Of a stretch of DNA of 64,000 nt, positions 1-14,311 are shown piece by piece; position 1 is the stretch's first letter; the number at the start of each line of letters is the position of its first letter. Made by a program: the position numbers and the translations under genes. The notes under the pieces were generated by a model. That model was given only the letters and a program-made list of their open reading frames with translations. It did no database searches and was not told the origin of the DNA. Location of the stretch: NCBI GenBank assembly GCA_964016885.1, contig OZ024741.1, positions 107,942,001-108,006,000 on the forward strand. Reading direction: 5' to 3'. The stretch is from Eledone cirrhosa. Lineage: Eukaryota.

Positions 1-960
<960 letters not shown>

Positions 961-1496
961 ATATATATATATATATGCGTGTTAAAATTGTCCTCATATT
1001 TAAAAGTTTCAGCAGCTGTTGTCTCCTATTCACCGTCTATGAAGGATATGAAAATAGACGATGGTAAAACTTGTTATTTCCTTTTTATTTCTGTGTTCTT
1101 ATTGGTAAACTTAATTTATATTATATCTGCCTTCTTGCTGTTTTTCTTTTATGGGCATTGTATTAATATATTACAAATGAATCACTTTTAAACCAATCCT
1201 TTTTACATGACACAGCACTACAAAATGTAATTCAGTCTTCTACATTCTTCAAATTAGGCGGGTGTTTCGTTTTATGTTTTCTTGTTGTTGTTGTAATTGA
1301 CGCATCCAGTCATTTGAGGTCTTTTTACAAAGAAGGATGCTAGCAGACAAATCGTTAGCTCAGACAATATTCTTAAGATTATATTTGCTCGTAATGCCAA
1401 ACATACCATTAGTGTTTTAAAAATCAAATGTTTTCTATGCAAGCTATTCACATATAATTTAGCGTCGCATACCCCCTCCCCCACCGCCAATATATG

Positions 1497-1517
1497 TATA
1501 TATATATATATATATCT

Positions 1518-1601
<84 letters not shown>

Positions 1602-1900
1602 AATTAATATCTAGTAACATATATATACATACAGATGCATATCAATGCTAGCAAATATATAGGTTTTGTCTTAGTAACATTGTGGTTCAATGCATGGGGT
1701 TGCAGAGCAATAATATGAGAGACGTAAATAAGAAAATTATAAAATTAACTTACTTGACGACGGAATGTTTCTCTATATCTTCTTCGGAAAATATATTTAC
1801 TCCATTCCAGAAACTAATTAGTTGGAAGTGATAAGTAAGTAAGTTAATTTTATAATTTTCTTATTTACGTCTCTCATATATATATATATATATGTATACG

Positions 1901-1934
<34 letters not shown>

Positions 1935-2001
1935 CATATATATGTATATATATATGTATATATATATAGATATATATATATGTATATATACATATATATT
2001 T

Positions 2002-2062
<61 letters not shown>
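1497..2062. repeat. (TA)n microsatellites flanking a short inverted repeat (1713-1754 / 1836-1879)
   Basis: ATATGAGAGACGTAAATAAGAAAATTATAAAATTAACTTACTT and its reverse complement, between long TA tracts. Confidence 0.85.
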
Positions 2063-2066
<4 letters not shown>

Positions 2067-2276
2067 TAAACAGAAAATATATATAGTAATAATAATAAAT
2101 TTGAAGACTAAAATCCAAAGAGGGCTCGATAAGGATAAATATATATCAAATATATATGAACCGTAGAGCAAATATTTATTAAAATAACAGGTGGGTTCTG
2201 TATGTGCGTGTTGGTTTTTTTTTGGGGGGGGGGTGCTTGTACGTGCGTATATTTGTATACCATTAATCAGTATACA

Positions 2277-2586
2277 CTGAGGATGAAAAACTCAGAGCTG
2301 TATGGGAGCATCCCAAAAGTCAGCTCAAAAGTGACACAGAGGAGATTGAGGTTAGCTGGACATGCTCACCGACATCCAGAGTTGACATTGCACTCAGTAC
2401 TCCTTTGGGAACCACTACAAGGACACACTAGAAGAGGAAGACCAATGTTAACGTATGTTGATGCCCTAAGGACAGACACTGGTCTGTTGGAGATGCAGGA
2501 CATGGCAGCGATAATGAGGGACAGAGACCGCTGGAGAGAACTCGTCCATGGATCTCGGGAATTTTACCCGCCTTAGATAGATAGAT
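2277..2586 (+). mobile_element. RTE-clade LINE 3' end (5'-truncated)
   Basis: Peptide QRRLRLAGHAHRHPE...RRGRPMLTYVD...DRDRWR is typical of the RTE ORF C-terminus. It has a (TAGA)n tail and a near-identical copy at 41717-41880. Confidence 0.85.
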
Positions 2587-3069
2587 GGCGAGTGTTTTCT
2601 CGTATGCTTGTGTATGTACGTATATGGATGCGTGTATGTATTTATTTCAATTACCTCTGTATTTTATTTACTTTTTTCTTAACTCTGAATCCGGGTATCA
2701 TTCGGTTTCCTAGTTAAAAATTTAGTCTACGACTTCAGTTATACCATTTACGTGGTTTTGTCTTTGCGTGCAATTGTACTCCCCGCTCCACATATGACGT
2801 ATTATCTTCGTTTTTTCCGTTCATTGCCAGAGAACGTCTCTATGAACCACCTAATAGAATATTTGTCTCCGACTTCTTTTATACCATAAACGTGGTTTTC
2901 TCTTTGCGTGTAATTGTTTTTCACCACTCCAAATAATGACGTATTATATTCGTTTTCCCCCGCTCTTTGCCAGGGAACGTTTCCACGAACCCAAATATCG
3001 TCTTCCTGTCTTCCTCCGGTTGCAATGTTTTTTGAAATATCCACTTCTGCGTTCACAGATTGACTTTGC

Positions 3070-3120
3070 TAGTTTCAGAATATCCTGTTAAGGGTGAAAG
3101 CAGCGATTCTTTGCTTAAAC
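3070..3120 (+). ncRNA. Degenerate hammerhead remnant
   Basis: AGTTT-CAGAATA-TCCTgttaAGGGT-GAAA-GCA...TGCTT-AAACT. Stems are retained but the core is mutated. Confidence 0.4.
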
Positions 3121-3138
3121 TTTAATCTGTTATTTTAA

Positions 3139-3207
<69 letters not shown>

Positions 3208-3216
3208 ATGTATATA

Positions 3217-3790
3217 AATGGAAAAGAATGAAACGAAATTTTCTTTCTCACTCTTAGTACGGCTGGTACTTAAATGCAAGTATGTATGTATACGTACATA
3301 CATATATGTATACACACGTACAGTAGTATGTATATATATACATACATGCACACATATATATATATGTACGTATGTGTTTACCGAACATTTATTATAAAGC
3401 TCGGTTTGTTTGTAAACAAAGAGCCCGAATTACGCCGTACAGTGTTCAGGCAACCTTCGTCACCTTTTTGTTCAACGCTGACACAGGAACGATGTACCAG
3501 TTTCAAGCCTATTAGCTATCGTCAGATCGTATACCTTTCTGTCAGATGGTTGAACGTCTGAAAGTATACACTTTCCCTATGCATATCAACGGCTGAATAG
3601 CCTAATTTGCATATCGAGTGAGTTAGTCGGCCGGGCTGTTTGTTTACAAACAAACCGAGCATTATAATAAATGTTCGGTAAACCCATACGTACATATATA
3701 TATATGTGTGCATGTATGTATATATATACATACTACTGTACGTCTGTATACATATATGTATGTACGTATACATACATACTTGCATCTATG
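3217..3790. mobile_element. HHR-bearing non-coding repeat (family R): one monomer plus an inverted partial copy
   Basis: Homologous to the units at 13079-14935. Minus-strand HHR at 3489-3530; inversion near 3635. Confidence 0.8.
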
Positions 3791-3864
<74 letters not shown>

Positions 3865-3937
3865 TACATATGTTCATATATGCTACCAAAATTAGATTAA
3901 AGATGACATGTCTGAGAATATATATATAGATATGTGC

Positions 3938-4130
<193 letters not shown>

Positions 4131-5171
4131 TCATCCCTTTGACCATGACTGACCATAACATTACACGTGCATGTGTGTGTGTGGAGCCTGCGTTTACTGA
4201 ATGTGAAGGATTGTTGGAAAAGTTGTTAACTTAACGCATAGATTGACTACAATAAACAACCAATGTATAATATATATAAACATATATAATCGAAAGGCAA
4301 CCGAAACTAGTTACATAAAACATCAAATCACTATTTATATTTTCAAGTAATTTTAATTTGTTTTGTTATATAATCTTTCTGGCGACTGAATTATGATTGA
4401 GGTGAAATAGAGAAAAGTATTTGAAATGTTATAAGAACACTAGATACTCCAAATGACAAAAGAAACTCAACGTTGTAAATAATAAAATGTCTGAAAGCAA
4501 AGGAAAAATAACAAAACCCATCAGTGAAAACCTGTAACATAATAGAAGGGAAAATAGCAACAATAGATAAATTACTATGAAAATAAAATAAAAAAAAACA
4601 TTAATAAAAAGGGAAAAAAATATAATGAAAGTAGCAGTTGTAATGAATAGAATATGAAAATTTAATATGTTAGCCTAATTTTCGTAACTCTTCTAAAATT
4701 ACAGGTCTGGAGTCTTCTGTTTGTCTTATATTGAATGTAAAATGCTCTTGGAGATTTCTTTCTATCAAATTTAATCTTATGGGAATTTAAAAATGGTATC
4801 GCATGTTCCGTTGCTGGCGTTGCCAACGTTTCTTTAGTTTCGTGTTGTGAAGTACTGCAGCGGATATTTGCTTTTAAGATTTTTATGTTCGTGAACATAA
4901 TTCTTCTTCGTTGTCTATCTTTAAATATAGAATATTATTTAGTTAATCTCCCTCTCATCCTTCTGCTCTTCCCTTTCCTCTCTATCTCCCCTCTCCCCTA
5001 AGGGAAACGGAAAGGAACCAGACGTAAGTAATGCACTAAATACATTAGTAGACATTACACGTAAGTAATGCACTAGATACATTTGTAGACAACATAGGTA
5101 ATGATTTAATATAGAAATTATGTCTACAGCACTAGACCTGTTTTATCCGTTTGAAATCATGAGGAATGCAT

Positions 5172-6140
5172 ATAAGAGGTTTGTTATAAAAGAAAGAATA
5201 CTGATGTTTATTTAAATGTATATTAGACGTACATGAAATTACAAGTTATCACCTTCGGAATTCGATCCTTGGGAAGTCACACAGTGTAGCCAACATTTTC
5301 CATTAGTTGTAGCAGAATTTATTTTTTGTAAGTGCGCTTATCTCTTTGGTTACATTTCTTTTTCCACAGACCCAAAATGATGACGCTTCAACTCCGATTT
5401 CAACATAGGGAAGAGGTAGATACGACACCGTGTAGGGAAAATGTGAAAGAATGGAAATGTTTTTCTTCGCTAGAAATTTTCCAATTGAATGTGCTGTGTG
5501 AGTAGGCGTGTTATCGTGCTGCACTACCCAATTTCCTTCAATGTCCTTTCAGATTCGCTGGACCCGTTTTCGAAGTTGGATTAACTCACTGTCTTTGAGG
5601 AAAATTTCTTAGTGAACAATACCACGGCTGTCGCAAAAATTGATCATTTTCATTTTAGCCCTGGATCTTGTCACGCGTGCTCTCTTCGGATGAGGAGAAT
5701 TTACCGTATGGTCTCTAGATCGTACTCGAGCACCCACTATTATTACTTTATCCAAGAAATTTCGCACAATTTCGAGTCGTTCTAGCAAATACTCATAAAT
5801 GTCCAACGGGTTCGATTTATGCTCCACAGACAAATGCTTGGGCACTACTTTTGCACAAATTTCTCGCGAATACAAATGGTCGGCTAAAATTATGGGGACT
5901 ACATATCCAAGCCCGTTTCTTCTATCATACTAACACTTAACTGGCGATCTTTCACCATCATCACTCGCACTAATTCTACATTTTGTTCATTTCCTAAGGA
6001 GATTTCCCTTCCAGAACGAGCTTCATGTTCAACATTTTCTCGGTCCTCTTTGAAAGATTTGTGCCATTTAAAAACCCTACTTCTTGATAGAGCGGCATCT
6101 CCATAAACTTGTGTCAGAAAATTAAATGTTTCGGTGATAT
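5172..6140 (-). mobile_element. Decayed mariner (DD34D-type) transposon
   Basis: Fragments HDNTPTHTA...LSHFPY, CAKVVPKHLS (WVPHEL-like) and FCDSRGIVH, with frameshifts and stops. Confidence 0.85.
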
Positions 6141-8191
6141 ATATATATCAATGCGATGCTGTGTTACCATGCCAATCATAGGAAAATTAGTACTTTTACT
6201 TATAGGAACGCTTGGTACTAGTTGTTCTAGCTCACCACAGTTCCAATTCAAAACGACAGAGATCAATTTCATGTTTCATTTATTGGTACGTTTGACAAAT
6301 GCTAATGTGTAGGATCGGATATTTTGCAGAATTTTGCTTCAGGCTCTTTTCCATCTATGTTCAAATTCCAAATTGGTGTTCAAATCATACAAATGGCGGA
6401 GAATAATCAGTCGGTGAAGACAACAGAAAAGAACACACAAAAGATTACAAAAGTTGCATTTAGAAGAAAAGGATGGATGAAGGCCATGTGTTTCTGGAAT
6501 CATACTGTGATAATTACTATAAAGTATACAAGGGACTGTAATGAATCTGTGGTAGATTTAATTCGTCATCCAGCTTCACAGAAGCACCTGGCCCTTGGGT
6601 GTATTTGATGGAAACCACCCTGTTGCAAGTGTTCTGGCCATGTTACCTGTTTAAAGATTCATTCCTCCTTCCTTTTCATCAGACTCGGAATTCTTGACTA
6701 AAGCGTGAAACACAATATCTAAATAATTATTATATAGTTGCACAATTGAATTGAAAAAGATTTATGAAATTGGAAACTCTCCTGAAAGAATATTACATAA
6801 GTTATTCGTGGATAATTTATTAGAATATTACGAGAAAAATATCAAAAATAGTGCTGAATGTATTAACTAATTCGATCTCTAAAATGAGGACTTAAAAAGG
6901 TTTCATAAGGTAGTAATTATTAAACACTTCTTGCCAAGCAATTATTTAGCGAATACTTTGTGGAATGTATTGGTAAATATATTGAGTTAATTAGACATAT
7001 TAAAAGAAAGAAATGCACATATAAATTCAAATTATCTAACAGAGATGAGAGAATGAATTTGTTGTGAATCGTAATATCAAAATAAATTTATTCAGAAATG
7101 TATCTAATACGCCAAGGAGTAGCTGGTGTATTACTAAATCGTAAGCTTAGTAGTGTTGAATTTATTTTGTAAGGAGAAGGAGGAATATAGATCGTAAAGT
7201 AAACATTAAATATTTGGATTACTTCTCACTTGTGCAGCTGAAACGTTAACGTCCATGCACTTAATACGAACAATCTACAAAGCTGTACCAGCCTGTTCTA
7301 TTTCACACCTTGAGATCCCGGTGATTAAGGATATTTGGTCCCCTTCCTTATTTGGAGGCTCAGAGGCCAAATTATTCCCTTCTGACACACCTCTTCAAAT
7401 TGATTCTCTGTTCTCTCCCAGTCTGTAGTGGATAGCACGAAATGTTTCCGTGTCTAAGTAAATTGCACATTATCTGAGAATAACGTTCAGCCGAGGTGCG
7501 TGCGGTGGTTTTGAACGAAACGGTATTCAGGTCCATATAATAGGTCTGAGCCCCTCTTCGACTGACGAATCCAAATGCCCCCGGTCGAGACCAGAGACAT
7601 CTAACCTCCTTCAAGTCATATCTTGTCCGCTTCCAAGGATGATGTAGTGGATGCCTTGAGAAGTTTGCCACTCTCGACTGAGGCCGGGTATGTTTGCTGA
7701 GTCCAATTACTACTCAAATGTGAATGGACTTGCCTCGTCTTGTCTATGACATTTCCTCTCAGTCAGCCTGACTATATTGAAAAAGAATAATGCAACTTAA
7801 TTATGGTGGGCCACAGCATGGAACGACACCTTGTTCTGTAGCAGTTAAATATTGATGTGGTGCAATTACTGTGTGGTCGGATCTTTTACTGAGCCTGCAC
7901 CACCATCGTCACCTTAACTTCTGGTAAAGTTGCATATAACCCTGTAACATAATTAGGCATGGCTATATCCGAGAGATGTGACGGAGACATACACACATAC
8001 ATAAATACACACACACATACACACATACATAAATACACACACACACAGACAAATACATTTATGTATAAATATAGTTCAAGAATATTCAAGACAAACACAG
8101 AGGGGCTAAAACATAAAATGCTTGTGAAGAAATAAATGAAGGTTTCGACGTATCAGACCGTCTTCAGGAAACGGAGAGTTCGGATAGAGAA

Positions 8192-8226
<35 letters not shown>

Positions 8227-8783
8227 TATATAGAGAGAGGTTGGAACATTGTTGTTAGGAAGAAAAAAACTTTAAGAGAACTGGGGAGGGGACGCCAGTA
8301 TTCCGGCGTGCGAGGGTGGGAGCCGAGGTAAACAGTCAAGGTTTATCATGGATATTGTAACCTGTATGCAGCTGGAGAACATTTCATGGGTTGCATTCTT
8401 ATTTTTGTTTTTGTGTGTGTATGGTTTGTGTATCGTTGATTCAAGAGAGCGTGCACATGTATCTCTGTGTGTCTGTGAATATTTCTATTTAGTTTCTTAT
8501 TCGCGTGTGTGCAGATGCGTGTATGTGCATGTGCGTGTATGCTTTTGTATGAGTATCTGTATATGAATATGTCTGTGATGAGTGTCTGTGTGTATACACG
8601 TGTGTGACTAAACGTTTTGTACAGTTTGTGTGTACGTGAGTGTGCATATTTGTTTATGTGAGTATACACGTGTATGTCTGCGAATCTTTTCTTTTGACAT
8701 TGGTCGGTGTCGTGAATTTATATTAGTTTATCATTTTGTCTGTGTACGAGTGTGTGATTTGTGTATCGTTGACAGAAGGGTGC

Positions 8784-8823
<40 letters not shown>

Positions 8824-8825
8824 TC

Positions 8826-9660
8826 GGGAATTTGAAGGAAAAATGGGTATTTATTTATGTCTAATATTTCTTCTTACTTTATAATATATTACATAGCTCT
8901 GATATAGAGTCAATTTAATTATTCCGATTATCTTGTCTCTCATAATCATAGAGCAACACTGGTTAAGGTCGACAACACACAATCTCACATACTTGTGAAA
9001 AATGTATGTGTATATATGCATGTATATGTATGTATACACATATATTTGTGTACCTCTCATTATTGTCTATAACCCCCTCACGGTAGAGTAACCACGGAAG
9101 TATAGTGACTGCTTTAAAGCTAATACTATATACACTTCTAGTCTTCCTTACCACCCTTCTGTAGCCTCTGTATCATATTAATATCCCCACCGCCTTCTGT
9201 GATATTTTTCACTGATACATGGGATTCAATCCCATTTCTTGACCACTGTATCACGTGATAGTGTTTCCCTCCGCCTTTTCGAGAATCTCTCGCGCGATGC
9301 AGACCTGTTTTGAAATGTTTCCCTGGGGTGTTCCCTTGAAAAGTCGGCCTACCTCACAAAAATGTTACATCTCTATGATATAGGATTTTTGCATAGTAGC
9401 CACGAAACTGTACAGTCGGGAATTTGAAGAAAAAATGGGTATTTATTTATGTCTAATATTTCTTCTTACTTTATAATATATTACATAGCTCTGCTATAGA
9501 GTTAATTTAATTATACCGATTATCTTGTCTCTCATAATCATAGAGCAACACTGGTTAAGGTCGACAACACACAATCTCCCATACTTGTGAAAAATGTATG
9601 TGTATATACGCATGTATATGTATGTATATACACATACATTTGTGTACCTCTCATTATTGT
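8826..9660 (+). mobile_element. ORF-less HHR mini-element (family B) with ~240 bp terminal direct repeats
   Basis: 8826-9066 repeats at 9418-9660 (period 592). The HHR spans the repeat junction, and the element lies in (TA)n. Confidence 0.8.
9331..9422 (+). ncRNA. Type I hammerhead, U3-A8 core, palindromic stem III
   Basis: TTCCC-TTGAAAA-GTCGGC...GCCAC-GAAA-CTGTACAGTC-GGGAA; predicted cleavage after C9417. Confidence 0.8.
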
Positions 9661-9702
9661 ATATATATATTGTATATATATATATATATATTGTATATAT
9701 AT

Positions 9703-9798
<96 letters not shown>

Positions 9799-10163
9799 AT
9801 ATATATGGGTAGAATTGGTCATTCTGCAATGTTAACCTTGACGTAATATGAAAAAGCACTCGACGTTATGCAACTCAAAGGCGGGTGAACAATGTGGCAG
9901 CATGATACTACCCCCGTCTCTCGGTCAAAAGCATTGCACACACTTTTTCGTCTTTGTTTTTCTTTGTTTATTTCCTTAAAGCTTACCATCATTCCGTTGG
10001 TATACATCTATTACGTAATTTACACCTAATGTGGTCACCGGGTTCTTACGCAACCTGGCCGCCACTGATATGTGCATAGTGTCTACAGTAATACAAAATT
10101 AAGGAAATTGAACATATTTGGCCTCCTGCCATTTCACTTTATTATATATATATATGTATATAT

Positions 10164-10432
10164 AGGAACGAGTAGGACCCCGACGGTAGAGCTCAAGCCG
10201 TTTCGACGGCTAATTCTGGACTAAATGAACATTTTTATCCTGGTATATGAATAGCTGAGCATCTCAGGAGGTAATTCCATATATGGTAAAAGTGATTGTC
10301 GCAAGGATTGGTCAAAAGTTTGTTGTTGAGACACATAATTCTATCATGGCAATTTGTGGAGGGAAGGGTAGCTGAACCTGCCAGTAGAAGAAAGAGGGAG
10401 AGGGGATGGAGGAAACCCAGTCGTGCGTTGAT
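10164..10432 (-). mobile_element. Family A pseudo-LTR, inverted, with degenerate HHR
   Basis: Reverse complement of 520-757; the core reads CTGAGAT. Confidence 0.75.
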
Positions 10433-11020
10433 TAGGATTAAGGCAAATAAAATAAAGTTATGGTATGATAGCAATAAATATCAAAGTGTAACGTTCGTCA
10501 ATATAACCCCTAGAGGCGAACTAGCTTACAGATTTAGAAGAGCCATAGACAAGCTCAAATTAATTATTAAGATAATTGATCCACGAGGTATTCCCATAAT
10601 AACCCTAATTAATACAACACACCCATTTCAAAGATCCCCTTGTTCTGATAGGAAAAGCATAGTCTGCAAGCTAAACCTGCAAACTAACTGCAAAACTAGG
10701 AACGTAGTATATAGGATAAGATATACCGAGGGACAGTGTAGGAATTAGAATATAACACACATAGGTGAAACAGCTCGTAGCATAGTAGAAAATGGACACT
10801 GGCGAGAACTCAAGGATGGGAAAAACTCATCAGTATTCCAACAACATGCCAAAATAGAACATAGGGGCACATAAGAGAACATAGAGATGAAAATTATATC
10901 CACACATAGAAAATATGCAATGCTCAGACAAATCACAGAGGCAACAAATATAAACTCCAACCACAATTAAACAGAAAACATGAGTGGAATAGCAACATCA
11001 CAACTAGTAATTAAGAATAA
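10433..11020 (+). pseudogene. Penelope-like linker plus GIY-YIG endonuclease fragment
   Basis: FVNITPRGELA...CKTRNVVYRI...HIGETARS with internal stops, joined head-to-head to the inverted family A end. Confidence 0.75.
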
Positions 11021-11084
11021 AATGAAGACATACAGACACACAAAAAAACCTAACTAACAAAACAAATCAGACACACACAGATAG

Positions 11085-11200
11085 AATTTCTTCTCTCGTT
11101 CAGCCATAGATTCGAGAGTTAGATCATCTGCATATAGAAGTTCCCCTGTCTTAAACTCTTCTGTTATAGCCTGTAAGACAACAATAAAGAGGAGGTGGCT
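11085..11200 (-). mobile_element. RTE reverse transcriptase fragment
   Basis: Translates as LLFIVVLQAITEEFKTGELLYADDL and is homologous to 43850-43950. Confidence 0.8.
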
Positions 11201-12122
11201 TATATATATCTCTCTCTATATATAAGGGTGCTTATATATATATATATCTATATATATGTGTAAGGGGGCTTATATATATATAAGTATGTATATGGAATGT
11301 AACGTCCAGTTACTGTGGGTTCACCAGAGTGAACACTCGATGCGTAGTTTCCAGTCGGTATAGAGGTGTAGAATTAAACAGAGTGTAATTATAATAATAA
11401 TAAAAAGGACGATTTGTTATGTCTTCATTACGTTCATTGAGTAGTGACGCGCGCTCTCCATTGATCAGCTCAAGATTCAATCTGTATCGATCTTACCCGA
11501 CTCTGGAATCAAAAGCTGGTCGGACCTTTGCTGTGTTAATGACAAAATTCATTCTGTAAGGCGTAGAAATGTATATAACTATTCACATTCATTTATGGTG
11601 GTCAGTTAATGTTCGCTTTGATTGATGGTTTTTACTATAAGGAATGTTCTGTTATTTGTGATAGGTGGGGTAATGATTATAATGATGTGTTGGTGAGGAC
11701 GGATGGCTGGTGTGAGTTGCGGGGGGGGGGGGGCTGTTTCCTAGATATTATGGCGTATATGTAGTGAAGCGAGGGGGTTGAATGTGGAGTGCTGTGCTGT
11801 ACTAAGGGGCATGTGTGGGTTTTCTGTTGATCAGAGGTTTGTCAAAGAGAAATAAAAGTAAATACATAAAAGTAAATTACACCTAGGTTAAGGATGAAGC
11901 TTTGGTGGGTGTGGGTCTAATGTTATCTGTGGTGTGCTTACTAGGTACACTATCTATATTCTTAAAGGGTTTTTTTGTACTAGAAAAAAAAGGGATTAAG
12001 GATTGTGGCTAGTGTGTGAAATGAATATGAATAAATAGATGAATGAATAAATGAAATAGTTGCTACATTAACTATATGGGCTAACTTATACACCGGTATA
12101 CGCACAGACACTCATATACAGA

Positions 12123-12216
12123 GTAGCCACAGGCACACACCCACACGTAGCCACAGACACACACCCACACGTAGCCACAGGCACACACCCATACGTAGCC
12201 ACAGGCACACACCCAC
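12123..12216. repeat. 24-bp minisatellite, ~4 copies
   Basis: GTAGCCACAGGCACACACCCACAC repeated in tandem. Confidence 0.9.
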
Positions 12217-12771
12217 GCGTATATACATAAACATGTCTGTACCCCTGCATGTAGACACACTTAGATATATACATGCCCAAAGGCCCAGACGTTCATACAA
12301 CTATATCGGTCTGCAAGTGTGTACCCATATATATATACAGACGCAAGTGTACTAGCAGTAGGCCTAAATAAATATTCTAGAGGATTCTATGGTGGTAAAA
12401 ACAAAATTTAGTTGGATATGTATAACAAGAGTGAAAATGTTAATAGAAATAGGAAATAAATGTAATACTAATAATAACGATGATAAAATTGGTGATACAA
12501 GTGAAAGTATTTATACTAATTGTGGTAATTAATAGGATGCTGGTGGTGTATGTGGGTATCTGGTGTGTGAGGTGCTTCGTCATATGGACGAGAGGGGTGC
12601 ATACATGGTGATATGTTCAATAATGTGGGACATGATAAAGAATATAATATTAACGTGAATATCAATGGTAATGAATGATAGAGTTGAGGAGACATGACAA
12701 TAATTGTGCTGGTTAATAGAATGTTGTGTATGTGCCTGTTGTTGTCTGTGTTCAGGTGGTTAGGTTTTGGA

Positions 12772-13038
12772 CTATCCATGGTTTATGTCCGAATACCATG
12801 GCGGTGAAAGTATGTTTTTTGTATGTCTGCAGTTTATGAAGATATCCGATTTTAATTTAATGATCTCGGCCGAACCGCTAGACACAACCGGCAGAGGCTT
12901 CCTCCGGTGGAATGTTGGGCGTCTCCTTACTGACCATTTGATCTGGTATTTCAGGTTACTATCCTTGAGGTCCCAGATCAAAATCGGCCAGTCTGGTTTG
13001 GGAACGCTTAGGCCGGTGGTTGAAGGAGCTTCTGTGGT

Positions 13039-13041
<3 letters not shown>
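12772..13041 (-). pseudogene. Penelope-like GIY-YIG C-terminal fragment
   Basis: NHRSSFNH...IWDLKDSNLKYQIKWSV...SDIFINCRH resembles the endonuclease at 21753-22154. Confidence 0.75.
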
Positions 13042-13083
<42 letters not shown>

Positions 13084-13362
13084 GGAATAGAATGAAACGA
13101 AATTTAATTTCTCACTCTTAAAGGGCACTTACTTAAATGTAAGTATGTATATATGTATACGTACATACATATATATATACAGACGTACAGGAGTATGTAT
13201 ATATATATACATACAGGCACACATATATATATGCACGTATCGGTTTACCGAACATTTATTATAATGCTCGGTTTGTTTGTTTATAAACAAACAAACAGCC
13301 CGAATTACGCCGTACAGTGTTTAGGCAACCACGTCACCTTTTTGTTCAACACTGACACAGGA

Positions 13363-13405
13363 ACGATGTACTAGTTTCAAGCTTATTAGCTATCGTCAGC
13401 ATCGT
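13363..13405 (-). ncRNA. Minimal type I hammerhead (family R)
   Basis: ACGATG-CTGACGA-TAGCTaataAGCTT-GAAA-CTAGTA-CATCGT. A further copy lies at 13799-13841 (-). Confidence 0.85.
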
Positions 13406-14270
13406 ATACCTTCTTGCCAGATGGTTGAACGTCTGAAAGTATATACTTTCCTTATGCATATTAACGGCTGAGCAGCCTAATTTGCATATCGAGTGAGTTC
13501 AGTCGGCTGGGCACACCGAAAACGATAAATGGAATAGAATGAAACGAAATTTCATTTCTCATTCTTAGCACGGCACTTACTTAAATGTAAGTATGTATGT
13601 ATACGTACATACATATATGTATACAGACGTACAGTAGTATGTATATTTATACATACATATATATATATGCACGTATCGGTTTACCGAACATTTATTATAT
13701 TGCTCGGTTTGTTTGTTTGTAAACAAACAAACAGCCCGAATTACGCCATACAGTGTTTAGGCAACCATGTCACCTTTTTGTTCAACACTGACACAGGAAC
13801 GATGTACTAGTTTCAAGATTATTAGCTATCGTCAGCATCGTATACCTTCCTGCCAGATGGTTGAACGTCTGCAAGTATATACTTTCCTTATGCATATTAA
13901 CTGCTGAGCAGCCTAATTTGCATATCGAGTGAGTTCAGTCGGCCGGGCACACCGAAAACGATAAATGGAATAGAATGAAACGAAATTTCATTTCTCACTC
14001 TTCTTACTGCACTTACTTAAATGTAAGTATGTATTTGTACGTACATACATCTATGTATACAGACGTACAGTAGTATGTATATATATACATACATGCACAC
14101 ATATATATATATATATATTGACGTATCGCTTTACCGAACATTTATGATAATGATCAGTTTGTTTGTTTGTAAACAAACAAATAGCCCGAATTACGCCGTA
14201 CAGTGTTTAGGCAACCACGTCACCTTTTTGTTTAACACTGACACAGGAACGATGTACTAGTTTCAAGTTT

Positions 14271-14311
14271 CGATGCTGACGATAGCTAATAAGCTTGAAA
14301 CTAGTACATCG
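14271..14311 (+). ncRNA. Minimal type I hammerhead (family R)
   Basis: CGATG-CTGACGA-TAGCTAATAAGCTT-GAAA-CTAGTA-CATCG. Another copy lies at 14676-14717. Confidence 0.85.

Noticed and set aside
6324-7980. Non-microsatellite segments with short ORFs
   Set aside because: Probably old repeats, but no motif could be identified to support a call.
8135-8175. Minus-strand CTGAAGA...GAAAC motif
   Set aside because: Stems I and III cannot be formed; at best a decayed remnant.
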